Shown here piece after piece: positions 20,662 to 27,190 of a stretch of 64,000 bases of DNA. A program made the position numbers and the translations under genes. The notes beneath the pieces were generated by a model, which had not been told where the DNA came from, searched no databases, and worked only from the letters and a program-made list of their open reading frames with translations. This DNA is from Clostridiales bacterium (lineage in GTDB: Bacteria > Bacillota > Clostridia > Christensenellales > QALW01): assembly GCA_015069575.1 (NCBI GenBank), contig SVIH01000001.1, positions 114,385-178,384 on the forward strand. Direction: 5' to 3'. The first letter of the stretch is position 1; the number at the start of each line of letters is the position of its first letter.

Positions 20662-21690
20662 GTCTCTTAATTTAATTGATTTAGCGGCAATTCGCCTGTT
20701 TTCTTCTGCTTGTGCGGCATAATGACGCCTTGTTGTATTAACGTCTTTATGTCCTAAAACATCTGCAACAAGGTAAATATCACCTGTTTCCTGATATAGT
20801 GTTGTACCATAGGTTGAGCGTAATTTATGTGGCGTAATATGCTTTAATGGCGTTATAATTGAAGAATACTTTTTAACCAAATTCTGCACAGCGCGCGTTG
20901 AAATTCTTGTGCCTTGCAGTGATAAAAAGAATGCAGGGGAGTCTTCTGCACCTTTCATTATGTGACGTGTTTCATTGTAATCATTTAATGCTTCAGCAAC
21001 CTCATCACTTAAGTATAAAACAGATTGATTTCCGCCTTTTCTTGTTACACGAATACTTAAATTTCTAAAATCAACATCATCAACATTCAACCCAATACAT
21101 TCACTTATACGAATTCCAGTACCTAAAAATAGGGTAATAAGAGCTAAATCACGCTTTTTTGTTAATGCATGAAAATGTTTTTGTTTTTCACTTAATCCGT
21201 CACCAGATTCAATTTCATCAAGAAGTTTAACTATTTCATCTACATCAAGACGAATGATTGCCTTTTCATGAATTTTAGGCAAATCAACAAGTGATGCAAC
21301 ATTTGATTCCAAATCTCCAGATTTATAAAAATACTTAAACATCATTCGAATTGATGCAATTTTTCGCGCTTTACCGTTTTCGTGATTAGCAACAAGTTTT
21401 TTATCATCGTTTTCATATAGGGAAATATGATTTATGTAATTTTCAATATCATGAACATTTAACCGTTTTAAATCATCTAATGTTATGTTTTTTATTTCTT
21501 TATTTAACTCATTAGATAAAAATATAAAAAACAATCTTAAATCATATGCATAATTTAAACGAGTAAGCGGACCTGTAGTATTATTAATACCAATAAATAA
21601 TATTTTACAAAATTCAGGTAATTCATTTAAAACACCTTTTAATTTTTCATTTGCAGAATAAGTTCTTGATAAATAATAAGAATCAACCAT
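20644..21690 (-). CDS. Tyrosine site-specific recombinase, Xer-like (348 aa)
   Basis: All catalytic positions are visible: GIRISE (Arg), VTRKGG (Lys), PHKLRST (His-x-x-Arg), LGHKDV (His) and RRHY (Tyr). An N-terminal SAM-like core-binding domain is present. The gene lies just outside the left direct repeat of the prophage. Confidence 0.85.
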   Translation of the reverse strand: MVDSYYLSRTYSANEKLKGVLNELPEFCKILFIGINNTTGPLTRLNYAYDLRLFFIFLSNELNKEIKNITLDDLKRLNVHDIENYINHISLYENDDKKLVANHENGKARKIASIRMMFKYFYKSGDLESNVASLVDLPKIHEKAIIRLDVDEIVKLLDEIESGDGLSEKQKHFHALTKKRDLALITLFLGTGIRISECIGLNVDDVDFRNLSIRVTRKGGNQSVLYLSDEVAEALNDYNETRHIMKGAEDSPAFFLSLQGTRISTRAVQNLVKKYSSIITPLKHITPHKLRSTYGTTLYQETGDIYLVADVLGHKDVNTTRRHYAAQAEENRRIAAKSIKLRDKKEDE

Positions 21691-21745
21691 TTTAATTTAC
21701 ATCCTTTATTTTTAAAATTTTTATAAAAATAGGGTGCTTTGCAAT

Positions 21746-22708
21746 TTATAAACTATTCGCAAAACACAAGTTTTCCTGTTGGTTGTCCCAACGTGTATTT
21801 ATAAATTTTTTAAATTCAGGATGCATAGCAACTTCGTCGCGCCTGCATTGTTTTTCACTTTTCCAAGGTTTTGTAAGGAAGAAAAATTTTTTTTCACAAT
21901 GTTTTATAAAAACATCGTCAATAGATACACCATTTACCAAATCAAAATAAATAAGATTAGCAGCAAGCATTGAATCTTTATTCTTAAATTCAAATTCTAA
22001 ACGAGACCAATAGGGAAGACGCTCGTCAGTAATTTTCTGTTCTGTTCTTTTATCATAAATTCTAACAAAAGAAGAATGATTACGCTTACCAAAGTAAAGG
22101 GTCCAACCATTACGAATTTTACCATTTAAAAATTCAATTTCAGGTTTTAAAACCATACCTTGAGAATAAAACATACAGGATAAATCACCATAATTATCTT
22201 TGCAAAGATTTTCAAAAAAAGGTGTAAAATTATCTTTACAAAGGTCAATACGTGTACACTTAAAGGATTTATCACCATTATAAATAGGCGAAAAAAGACC
22301 ATAAGCCTTTATCTTGTAATGTAAATCAAGCAAAAACTGAAACATAACACCATTAGAGTAAAGCATACCACAAGCCGAACCTGTAAGAGAAAGAACAGAT
22401 ATTTCAGAATGACAACCACGAATCCAAGAGCATTTAAAAGTGCTATGTGTATTTTGACAAATATACATACGTTCATAGCCACCTTTAGAAACAAACTCGC
22501 CATTGTCCATTATAGCAGAGAAATTAAATCCGTAAGGTTGCAAAATAGATAATATTTCAGAATCATTAAAATTTTTAAAAGAAAAAGTTAGAGTATCAAT
22601 TAAAGTAGGACCATATTTAATATCATTTTCATAAAGATAATCAAGATTTAATTCACGTCTATCGCAATAAATTTCTTCATTCTTTTTGTAAAAATAACCT
22701 ACAGACAT
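21746..22708 (-). CDS. Rolling-circle replication initiator, Rep_trans-like (5-prime part of a rep gene apparently split by integration)
   Basis: Motifs resemble the Rep_trans/RstA family: TLIDTLTFSF near the N-terminus, CTRIDLCKDNF, and LYFGKRNHSSFVRIYDKRTEQ. The ORF ends inside the direct repeat (..ENLCFANSL*). Confidence 0.6.
   Translation of the reverse strand: MSVGYFYKKNEEIYCDRRELNLDYLYENDIKYGPTLIDTLTFSFKNFNDSEILSILQPYGFNFSAIMDNGEFVSKGGYERMYICQNTHSTFKCSWIRGCHSEISVLSLTGSACGMLYSNGVMFQFLLDLHYKIKAYGLFSPIYNGDKSFKCTRIDLCKDNFTPFFENLCKDNYGDLSCMFYSQGMVLKPEIEFLNGKIRNGWTLYFGKRNHSSFVRIYDKRTEQKITDERLPYWSRLEFEFKNKDSMLAANLIYFDLVNGVSIDDVFIKHCEKKFFFLTKPWKSEKQCRRDEVAMHPEFKKFINTRWDNQQENLCFANSL
21750..21774. 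repeat. Left copy of the 25-bp direct repeat (putative attL core)
   Basis: aaactattcgcaaaacacaagtttt is identical to 27115..27139; the flanking bases differ on both sides. Confidence 0.9.
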
Positions 22709-22729
22709 ATAAAACCACCTTAAAAATAT

Positions 22730-23100
22730 ATTAGGGGCATACCATAAGGTTGGCTTATACTATGCCGTACGGCATACCCCTTGCGCATTTATAGTATATT
22801 AAAAAAATAAGTGTTTGTCAATAGTTTTTTTAAAAGTGGGGCTTGTGTTACTCACAGCCCCACGAGATAGGAACCGAATACCTACTTAAGTATATACTTA
22901 AGTATGTCGTATAAAGCAATTTAAAGCAATAAAGAGACAGTTCGCCACTACGTTGGGTATCAAATAGGAATACCCACATAGCAAAAGGGAATATAGCCTA
23001 AAAACAGTTTTAAAAGGCTATGTACAATAAAACAACGTCATACAATAGATAAACCCTGTACTTTATATATTGCTTGACAGTAAGCCAAGCAATTAAGAAC
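22730..23100 (-). other. Hairpin-rich intergenic region of the element (candidate packaging signal and/or replication origin)
   Basis: Noncoding and visibly richer in G+C than the flanks. It holds perfect palindromes at 22761..22776 (16 nt) and 22883..22904 (22 nt). Stem-loops lie at 22836..22863, 22954..22976, 22993..23021 and 23070..23092. GGCATACC recurs at 22736 and 22771. Confidence 0.5.
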
Positions 23101-23140
23101 AAAAAAATAGCATAGGCGCCGTATCAAAACGGCCGCCTAT
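23101..23140 (-). terminator. Intrinsic terminator after the Zot-like gene
   Basis: Minus strand ataggcggccg-ttttgata-cggcgcctat hairpin (one bulge) followed by a T7 run. Confidence 0.55.
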
Positions 23141-23153
23141 ACTATTTTCTAAA

Positions 23154-23807
23154 TTATTTAACATTAAGATAATTCATTGTAGTAAACCATTCTTTACCAT
23201 TAGGGCAGGGAAGAACAGACATATTTATTGGCTCAAAGGAATCAAAATACTTATAATACAAAGGTCTAAAACAAAAAATAAATTGTTTTGGTTGAAATGG
23301 TAACAGCTGAAACAAAATTGATTTCCAATAATGTTGATATGCTAATTGTTTTGTTTGCTCATCAATACCTATTCTTTTATAAACACAACGTGCAAAAGAT
23401 AAAGGACCTATTTTACGGATAACCCATATCTCTTCGGCCAGATCCCTTAACTGTTTATCTGTATCATCCCAAGTTTGACTAAATAAATCAATATCCTGAT
23501 GTTCGTGACCGTGTTTCTTAAAATTTTCAATTACCCCAAAGGGAAGAGATGCAAATTTTCTACTATTAAAAGACAAACCTGATTCATCTAAAGCAATATA
23601 AGAATATTCAGGCAATTTAAACTTACCAAGCATAGAATCGTCAAAGTAATTAGATAGACCATAATTAGTTTCAAAATTACTAAAATGATACTTATATTTA
23701 ATACGTTTTAAATTAAGAAAATTCTTCTTCCGAAGATGCTTTTTCATAATTTTACAGGCAATAGTAGTTTTGCCAGAACGGGGAACACCAACAAAATATC
23801 TAATCAT
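23154..23807 (-). CDS. Zot/pI-like P-loop NTPase (filamentous phage assembly ATPase)
   Basis: The N-terminal MIRYFVGVPRSGKTT Walker A at the extreme N-terminus and the YIALDESG Walker B are typical of the Zot family. The start overlaps the upstream small ORF by ATGA. Confidence 0.6.
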   Translation of the reverse strand: MIRYFVGVPRSGKTTIACKIMKKHLRKKNFLNLKRIKYKYHFSNFETNYGLSNYFDDSMLGKFKLPEYSYIALDESGLSFNSRKFASLPFGVIENFKKHGHEHQDIDLFSQTWDDTDKQLRDLAEEIWVIRKIGPLSFARCVYKRIGIDEQTKQLAYQHYWKSILFQLLPFQPKQFIFCFRPLYYKYFDSFEPINMSVLPCPNGKEWFTTMNYLNVK

Positions 23808-23992
23808 TTTTTACCCCCAAAGATACAACGTAACAATGCAAAAACGTTACAAATAACGCAAAGAAGAATTACAGCTCCTATCATATATTCAATCATTAAA
23901 CCATAATCCCACGTTGCATTACTGCCGTATATAACCCGATAAAAATCAGCTTCACCTAAAACACGTCTTAAAGCCTCAATTAAACTTTCCAT
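23804..23992 (-). CDS. Small single-pass membrane protein (62 aa)
   Basis: Hydrophobic helix MIGAVILLCVICNVFALLRCIF with a basic end GGKK; translationally coupled to the Zot-like gene. Confidence 0.5.
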   Translation of the reverse strand: MESLIEALRRVLGEADFYRVIYGSNATWDYGLMIEYMIGAVILLCVICNVFALLRCIFGGKK

Positions 23993-23993
23993 A

Positions 23994-24065
23994 TTACCAC
24001 CTCATAAAAATTTGTAGACAAAGTATCATAAAAATACAAATTAACAAAAAAACAGTCATGCTCAT
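23994..24065 (-). CDS. Tiny hydrophobic ORF (23 aa: MSMTVFLLICIFMILCLQIFMRW)
   Basis: Hand-translated. The ATG overlaps the previous stop (ATGA), and the stop lies 1 nt before the next ATG. Below the track length cutoff. Confidence 0.25.
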   Translation of the reverse strand: MSMTVFLLICIFMILCLQIFMRW

Positions 24066-24172
24066 AAACTTGTAAACCCCTTAATCATAAGAAAAATAAA
24101 CCCTAGCATAAAAACAGCAAAAAGATAATTAAAACTAGAAAAAAAAATTTCAAGACAAGGCAAGATAATCAT
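24062..24172 (-). CDS. Tiny hydrophobic ORF (36 aa: MIILPCLEIFFSSFNYLFAVFMLGFIFLMIKGFTSL)
   Basis: Hand-translated. The start overlaps the previous stop by 1 nt (TGATG). Confidence 0.35.
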   Translation of the reverse strand: MIILPCLEIFFSSFNYLFAVFMLGFIFLMIKGFTSL

Positions 24173-24318
24173 CAAGAACGCGCTCCCTTCCAGAAAACAG
24201 AAATAACCATTCCGAAAATAGATAAAGCAACAAAAAACCAACCATAATAAATTGTAAAGCCTTCATATTCAAAAGTTATACCATTTAAAAATGTAAAAAA
24301 AGATATTACTAAATTCAT
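24172..24318 (-). CDS. Small membrane ORF (48 aa: MNLVISFFTFLNG...GWFFVALSIFGMVISVFWKGARS)
   Basis: Hand-translated. One clear TM helix with a basic C-terminus, in series with the neighbouring ORFs. Confidence 0.4.
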   Translation of the reverse strand: MNLVISFFTFLNGITFEYEGFTIYYGWFFVALSIFGMVISVFWKGARS

Positions 24319-24338
24319 TATAAATTGCAATGCCTGGA

Positions 24339-24566
24339 TCATTCGCTATATCCTCCCAAAGAAATCAAGATTTTAACAAGTGCTATAGCAATAACAAACA
24401 TTCCACATGAACCAATAATTGAGGGAATTTCAGGAGAAGTAAAAAGATCAATAGAATCTAATGCTCCCAATAATATTTCAAAAAAATTAACTATACTTTG
24501 TAAAGTATGAGTAATAATAGACCAAATGCTAGTAAAAAAATCAGCAACATTTTCAAAAAAAGACAT
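24339..24566 (-). CDS. Small membrane protein (75 aa), in the gVI-like position
   Basis: Two hydrophobic segments. The start is directly adjacent to the stop of the 374-aa ORF. Confidence 0.5.
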   Translation of the reverse strand: MSFFENVADFFTSIWSIITHTLQSIVNFFEILLGALDSIDLFTSPEIPSIIGSCGMFVIAIALVKILISLGGYSE

Positions 24567-25691
24567 TTAATCACCTTTTTTACCTTTCGATCGTTTATTA
24601 CCTGAAGATGAATATGTATTAGAGCGAGATGATACAAATTGAGCAAGACCAAATAAGAAACCTAGACAACCTAAACCAAGAGACATATATAAAACCACCC
24701 TTAAAAACGGTAGTCTTAACACATGATCATCAACAAAAGCAGATAAACCACGCATTGTAGAGACTAATTCAGGATATAAGGAGAGAACTGTAAACGAAAA
24801 ATCAACACTATTATCTTTTAATAAGTTTGAAGAAATTTCATTTATAGCAGATTCTTTATCAAAGAAAATATCCGACGTAGAATTATCAAAACTATTGTAA
24901 TTATTACCGCCTGTACCATCAATAATAGAACCAGCAACAGCATTTTGAACATCTTCAACAGTAACTTCAGTAAAATTTAATGGAGATAATGTATATTCAG
25001 TGTAAAAATAAGGATAATTATAATTACCATCAAGACGAACACCAACGCCACCAGAATTACCGAACCTGAAGAAAAAACCACAAATAAAGCCTGTAGATTT
25101 AAAATTAACAGTTAAATCAGCCTTATAAGTTAAAGAAGATGGATTAACAGTTAAAGAATCATTTTTTAAAGTACATGGAATTTGAGAATAATTTTCAATA
25201 GAACCAACATAAAAAGCAAAATAAGGATTATTTTCAAAAGAAGACTGCCAGAATTCGCCGTTATTAATTTTAACTGTAAGCATAATAGTAAAAGTAATGT
25301 CTTTATTTAAAAATGCATTAGATATAAAAAATTCTGGTGAAAGTTTTGTTGTTGGTACAGATAAAGAAAAATTATTAACAAAATTATATTTTCCTGAATA
25401 ATCAGGTTGAATAGGTGCAGTATTTTTAAAAGTAGTAATTAATTCTGAATTAGTAGAAACGTCATTTTCATATGTAAAAAAATTAGAATAAGATAAAGAA
25501 CCATATCCATCACCCAATTCATAACCAATTTGTATTTGATTCCGATACTTATCCCACAAACCAAATGTTAATTTATCTGATGCAGCATGCGCAGGCAAAG
25601 ACCAGGAAAGAAAAACAAATATAAAAACAAAAGCCGATGAAATAAGGGCTTTTAAATATTTTTTATTTTTAAAAGTTTTAAACAAAAACAT
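24567..25691 (-). CDS. Secreted, C-terminally anchored protein (374 aa), in the gIII-like adsorption/minor coat position
   Basis: Signal peptide ending SLPAHA/AS, a long Asn/Ser/Thr-rich beta-type ectodomain, then the C-terminal TM LGLGCLGFLFGLAQFV and a basic tail KRSKGKKGD. Confidence 0.55.
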   Translation of the reverse strand: MFLFKTFKNKKYLKALISSAFVFIFVFLSWSLPAHAASDKLTFGLWDKYRNQIQIGYELGDGYGSLSYSNFFTYENDVSTNSELITTFKNTAPIQPDYSGKYNFVNNFSLSVPTTKLSPEFFISNAFLNKDITFTIMLTVKINNGEFWQSSFENNPYFAFYVGSIENYSQIPCTLKNDSLTVNPSSLTYKADLTVNFKSTGFICGFFFRFGNSGGVGVRLDGNYNYPYFYTEYTLSPLNFTEVTVEDVQNAVAGSIIDGTGGNNYNSFDNSTSDIFFDKESAINEISSNLLKDNSVDFSFTVLSLYPELVSTMRGLSAFVDDHVLRLPFLRVVLYMSLGLGCLGFLFGLAQFVSSRSNTYSSSGNKRSKGKKGD

Positions 25692-25701
25692 AAAATCACC
25701 T

Positions 25702-25734
25702 AAAAAAAGGGAAAACTACATATGCAGTTTTCCC
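25702..25734 (-). terminator. Intrinsic terminator immediately after the coat-like gene
   Basis: Minus strand gggaaaact-gcatatgt-agttttccc followed by a T7 run, then the AGGTGA RBS of the 374-aa ORF. Confidence 0.6.
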
Positions 25735-25740
25735 AGAGAA

Positions 25741-25923
25741 TTATGAACGTACAAGACGTTGAAAAATACCGATAGCAAAAGAAATAACTGGCATTGCTAT
25801 TACAAGAATAAGCAACGCAGGATTACTAACTACGGTTTCAAGTACATCACCCATCCAAGTCATTGCCTGGGTAAAATATGTACCGATTGAAGCTAACATA
25901 GATTCCATAGCACCTTCAGCCAT
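25741..25923 (-). CDS. Major-coat-protein-like small protein (60 aa)
   Basis: Acidic/amphipathic N-part (MAEGAMESMLAS...), hydrophobic helix ALLILVIAMPVISFAIGIF, basic end QRLVRS. The ATG at 25923 has an AGGAG RBS; the track start at 25941 contains that RBS. Confidence 0.55.
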   Translation of the reverse strand: MAEGAMESMLASIGTYFTQAMTWMGDVLETVVSNPALLILVIAMPVISFAIGIFQRLVRS

Positions 25924-25986
25924 ATGGCATGCTCCTTTCATATTAAATTTTACTTTTATATATAAAATTGCAATTTTAATTAAAAA

Positions 25987-26112
25987 TTATAAATCAATAT
26001 CATTTTCTTTAAACTTTTTTAAAATCTTTTGTAAAGTAAAATAACAATACAATATAGAAAAATTAATAAGAAATAAATATAAACCTAAAATAAAATAAAT
26101 AAAAGTTTCCAT
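25987..26112 (-). CDS. Tiny membrane ORF (41 aa: METFIYFILGLYLFLINFSILYCYFTLQKILKKFKENDIDL)
   Basis: Hand-translated; AAGGTGA RBS 5 nt upstream. A competing 45-aa ORF at 26085..26222 (TAATG coupling to the 83-aa ORF) overlaps it in another frame. Confidence 0.35.
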   Translation of the reverse strand: METFIYFILGLYLFLINFSILYCYFTLQKILKKFKENDIDL

Positions 26113-26221
26113 AAAATCACCTTATAATTTCTAAATACAAAATAAATTAAAAAAAAATCAAGAATAAAAAGAAAAGAAAAGAAAATAAAAGAAAATAACA
26201 AAATATTTCCATAAATAACCA

Positions 26222-26473
26222 TTAAAATAGTTCTACAGAAGAAATTTCTTTTAAAGGTGCATAAACCGAAAGACCCAAAGAACCTTTAGAAGAATAGGGA
26301 ACAACGTCAAAGAGATCAACTAAACCGATAGGGTAAAGCGTTTTTAATTTTTCAATGTCAATATCCGAATTATAAAAAGTACTTAATTCTTCACCATATT
26401 GAGTTTGAAAGACTAACAAATACCCCTTATCTTTAATCTCACGTAATTCATTAACTTTTAATTTTGCTTTCAT
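26222..26473 (-). CDS. 83-aa soluble protein in the gV (ssDNA-binding protein) position
   Basis: Only size and position (between the regulator and the coat gene) support this call. No motif was recognised. Confidence 0.35.
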   Translation of the reverse strand: MKAKLKVNELREIKDKGYLLVFQTQYGEELSTFYNSDIDIEKLKTLYPIGLVDLFDVVPYSSKGSLGLSVYAPLKEISSVELF

Positions 26474-26681
26474 TTAAAATCACTCCTTTATAATATAATT
26501 TATTTTCAATAATTAAAAAATTATGAAAGCCATAAAAAGATAAAATAGAATATAAAGAATTATTTAAAGTAAAAAAACTATAATTTTCATAACGATGCAA
26601 CGTAGATTTAGAAATGTTCATGCGTTCTGATGCACGTCTTAAAGATAAACAACGTTCTAAACGTAAATCTTTTAAATTCAT
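26451..26681 (-). CDS. Small HTH (XRE-like) DNA-binding protein
   Basis: MNLKDLRLERCLSLRRASERMNISKSTLHRYENYS helix-turn-helix. The ATG at 26681 has an AGGTG RBS; the track start is a GTG inside the RBS. Confidence 0.6.
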   Translation of the reverse strand: MNLKDLRLERCLSLRRASERMNISKSTLHRYENYSFFTLNNSLYSILSFYGFHNFLIIENKLYYKGVILNESKIKS

Positions 26682-26690
26682 AAAAAACAC

Positions 26691-27134
26691 CTAAAGTTTA
26701 GAAAAATCATTAAAAGAAGAATTAAAAGAATTATCAGAAGAACTATTAAGGATAGCATTATTGAAAAAATCAGGGGAATAGTAATCGTTATTGCATTTTT
26801 CAACAATTTCAAGAACTTGTTCAAGAGATATTTCACCATCCATACAAACAGAACTTATAAAATCCCAGTAAACATCAGGAACAGATAATTCAAGACAGGG
26901 TATATCATTCATAATATCATTTGTATTACTACGATAATATACATAAATTGTTTTTTTAACATTATCAATACGGAACTGACGACCATCGGAATAAATTAAA
27001 TCTTGTAAACGATAGACAATTTGTTTAAATGTAAGGTTAGAAAGAACCTTTGGAACAAGGGCAGAGACAAGACGTTTAACAGTTTCATCGTTTTTGTTTT
27101 TATCCCAAAAAAACAAACTATTCGCAAAACACAA
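26691..27134 (-). CDS. ORF of 147 codons lacking its own ATG and RBS; probably the 3-prime part of the split rep gene
   Basis: The only start candidate is a TTG inside the direct repeat, with no Shine-Dalgarno sequence. Its first residues CFANSL duplicate the last residues of the Rep ORF in the same frame. Confidence 0.5.
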   Translation of the reverse strand: MCFANSLFFWDKNKNDETVKRLVSALVPKVLSNLTFKQIVYRLQDLIYSDGRQFRIDNVKKTIYVYYRSNTNDIMNDIPCLELSVPDVYWDFISSVCMDGEISLEQVLEIVEKCNNDYYSPDFFNNAILNSSSDNSFNSSFNDFSKL

Positions 27135-27139
27135 GTTTT
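27115..27139. repeat. Right copy of the 25-bp direct repeat (putative attR core)
   Basis: Identical to 21750..21774. Confidence 0.9.
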
Positions 27140-27149
27140 GCGAATAGTT
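27116..27149. repeat. Perfect 34-bp palindrome (15-bp arms, 4-nt centre): candidate recombinase core site; also usable as the spoIIP terminator hairpin
   Basis: aactattcgcaaaac-acaa-gttttgcgaatagtt. On the minus strand it is followed by tgttttttt. Confidence 0.9.
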
Positions 27150-27190
27150 AAGTATATTTTAAGCCAAAAATAAGGATTTGTCAATATAAT

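Larger units (their letters stand above)
21750..27139 (-). mobile_element. Integrated filamentous-phage-like (inovirus-like) element; unit length 5,365 bp between repeat copies
   Basis: Bounded by a perfect 25-bp direct repeat. All ORFs are on one strand with overlapping or adjacent stops and starts. Gene content and cyclic order match the Ff/CTX-type plan. Confidence 0.7.

Noticed and set aside
20644-21690. Recombinase treated as part of the prophage (classical int next to attP)
   Set aside because: It lies outside the 25-bp repeats. I found no further copy of the repeat or any similar sequence between its 3-prime end and spoVT (20633..20660). That interval is occupied by a shared terminator hairpin. 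It remains possible if the true element boundary is different.
22730-23140. G+C-enriched island, considered as a tRNA or other structured RNA gene
   Set aside because: No cloverleaf arrangement, anticodon-loop context or T-loop GTTCRA motif could be found. The stems are independent palindromes, better explained as phage ssDNA hairpins.
24325-24510. 61-aa plus-strand ORF inside the prophage
   Set aside because: It is antisense to the 75-aa membrane ORF, which belongs to a coupled same-strand gene series. It has no RBS.
26130-26205. Purine-rich tract aagaataaaaagaaaagaaaagaaaataaaagaaaataac, considered as a tandem repeat or mini CRISPR-like array
   Set aside because: It is low-complexity A/G sequence without a fixed repeat unit or spacers. 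On the coding strand it simply encodes Phe/Leu-rich micro-ORF candidates.
27116-27149. Palindrome interpreted solely as the spoIIP transcription terminator
   Set aside because: It can function as one (the hairpin is followed by a T run on the minus strand). That does not explain why 25 nt of it recur exactly 5,365 bp away at the other end of the phage-like module and in frame with both rep pieces. It is kept only as a secondary role.
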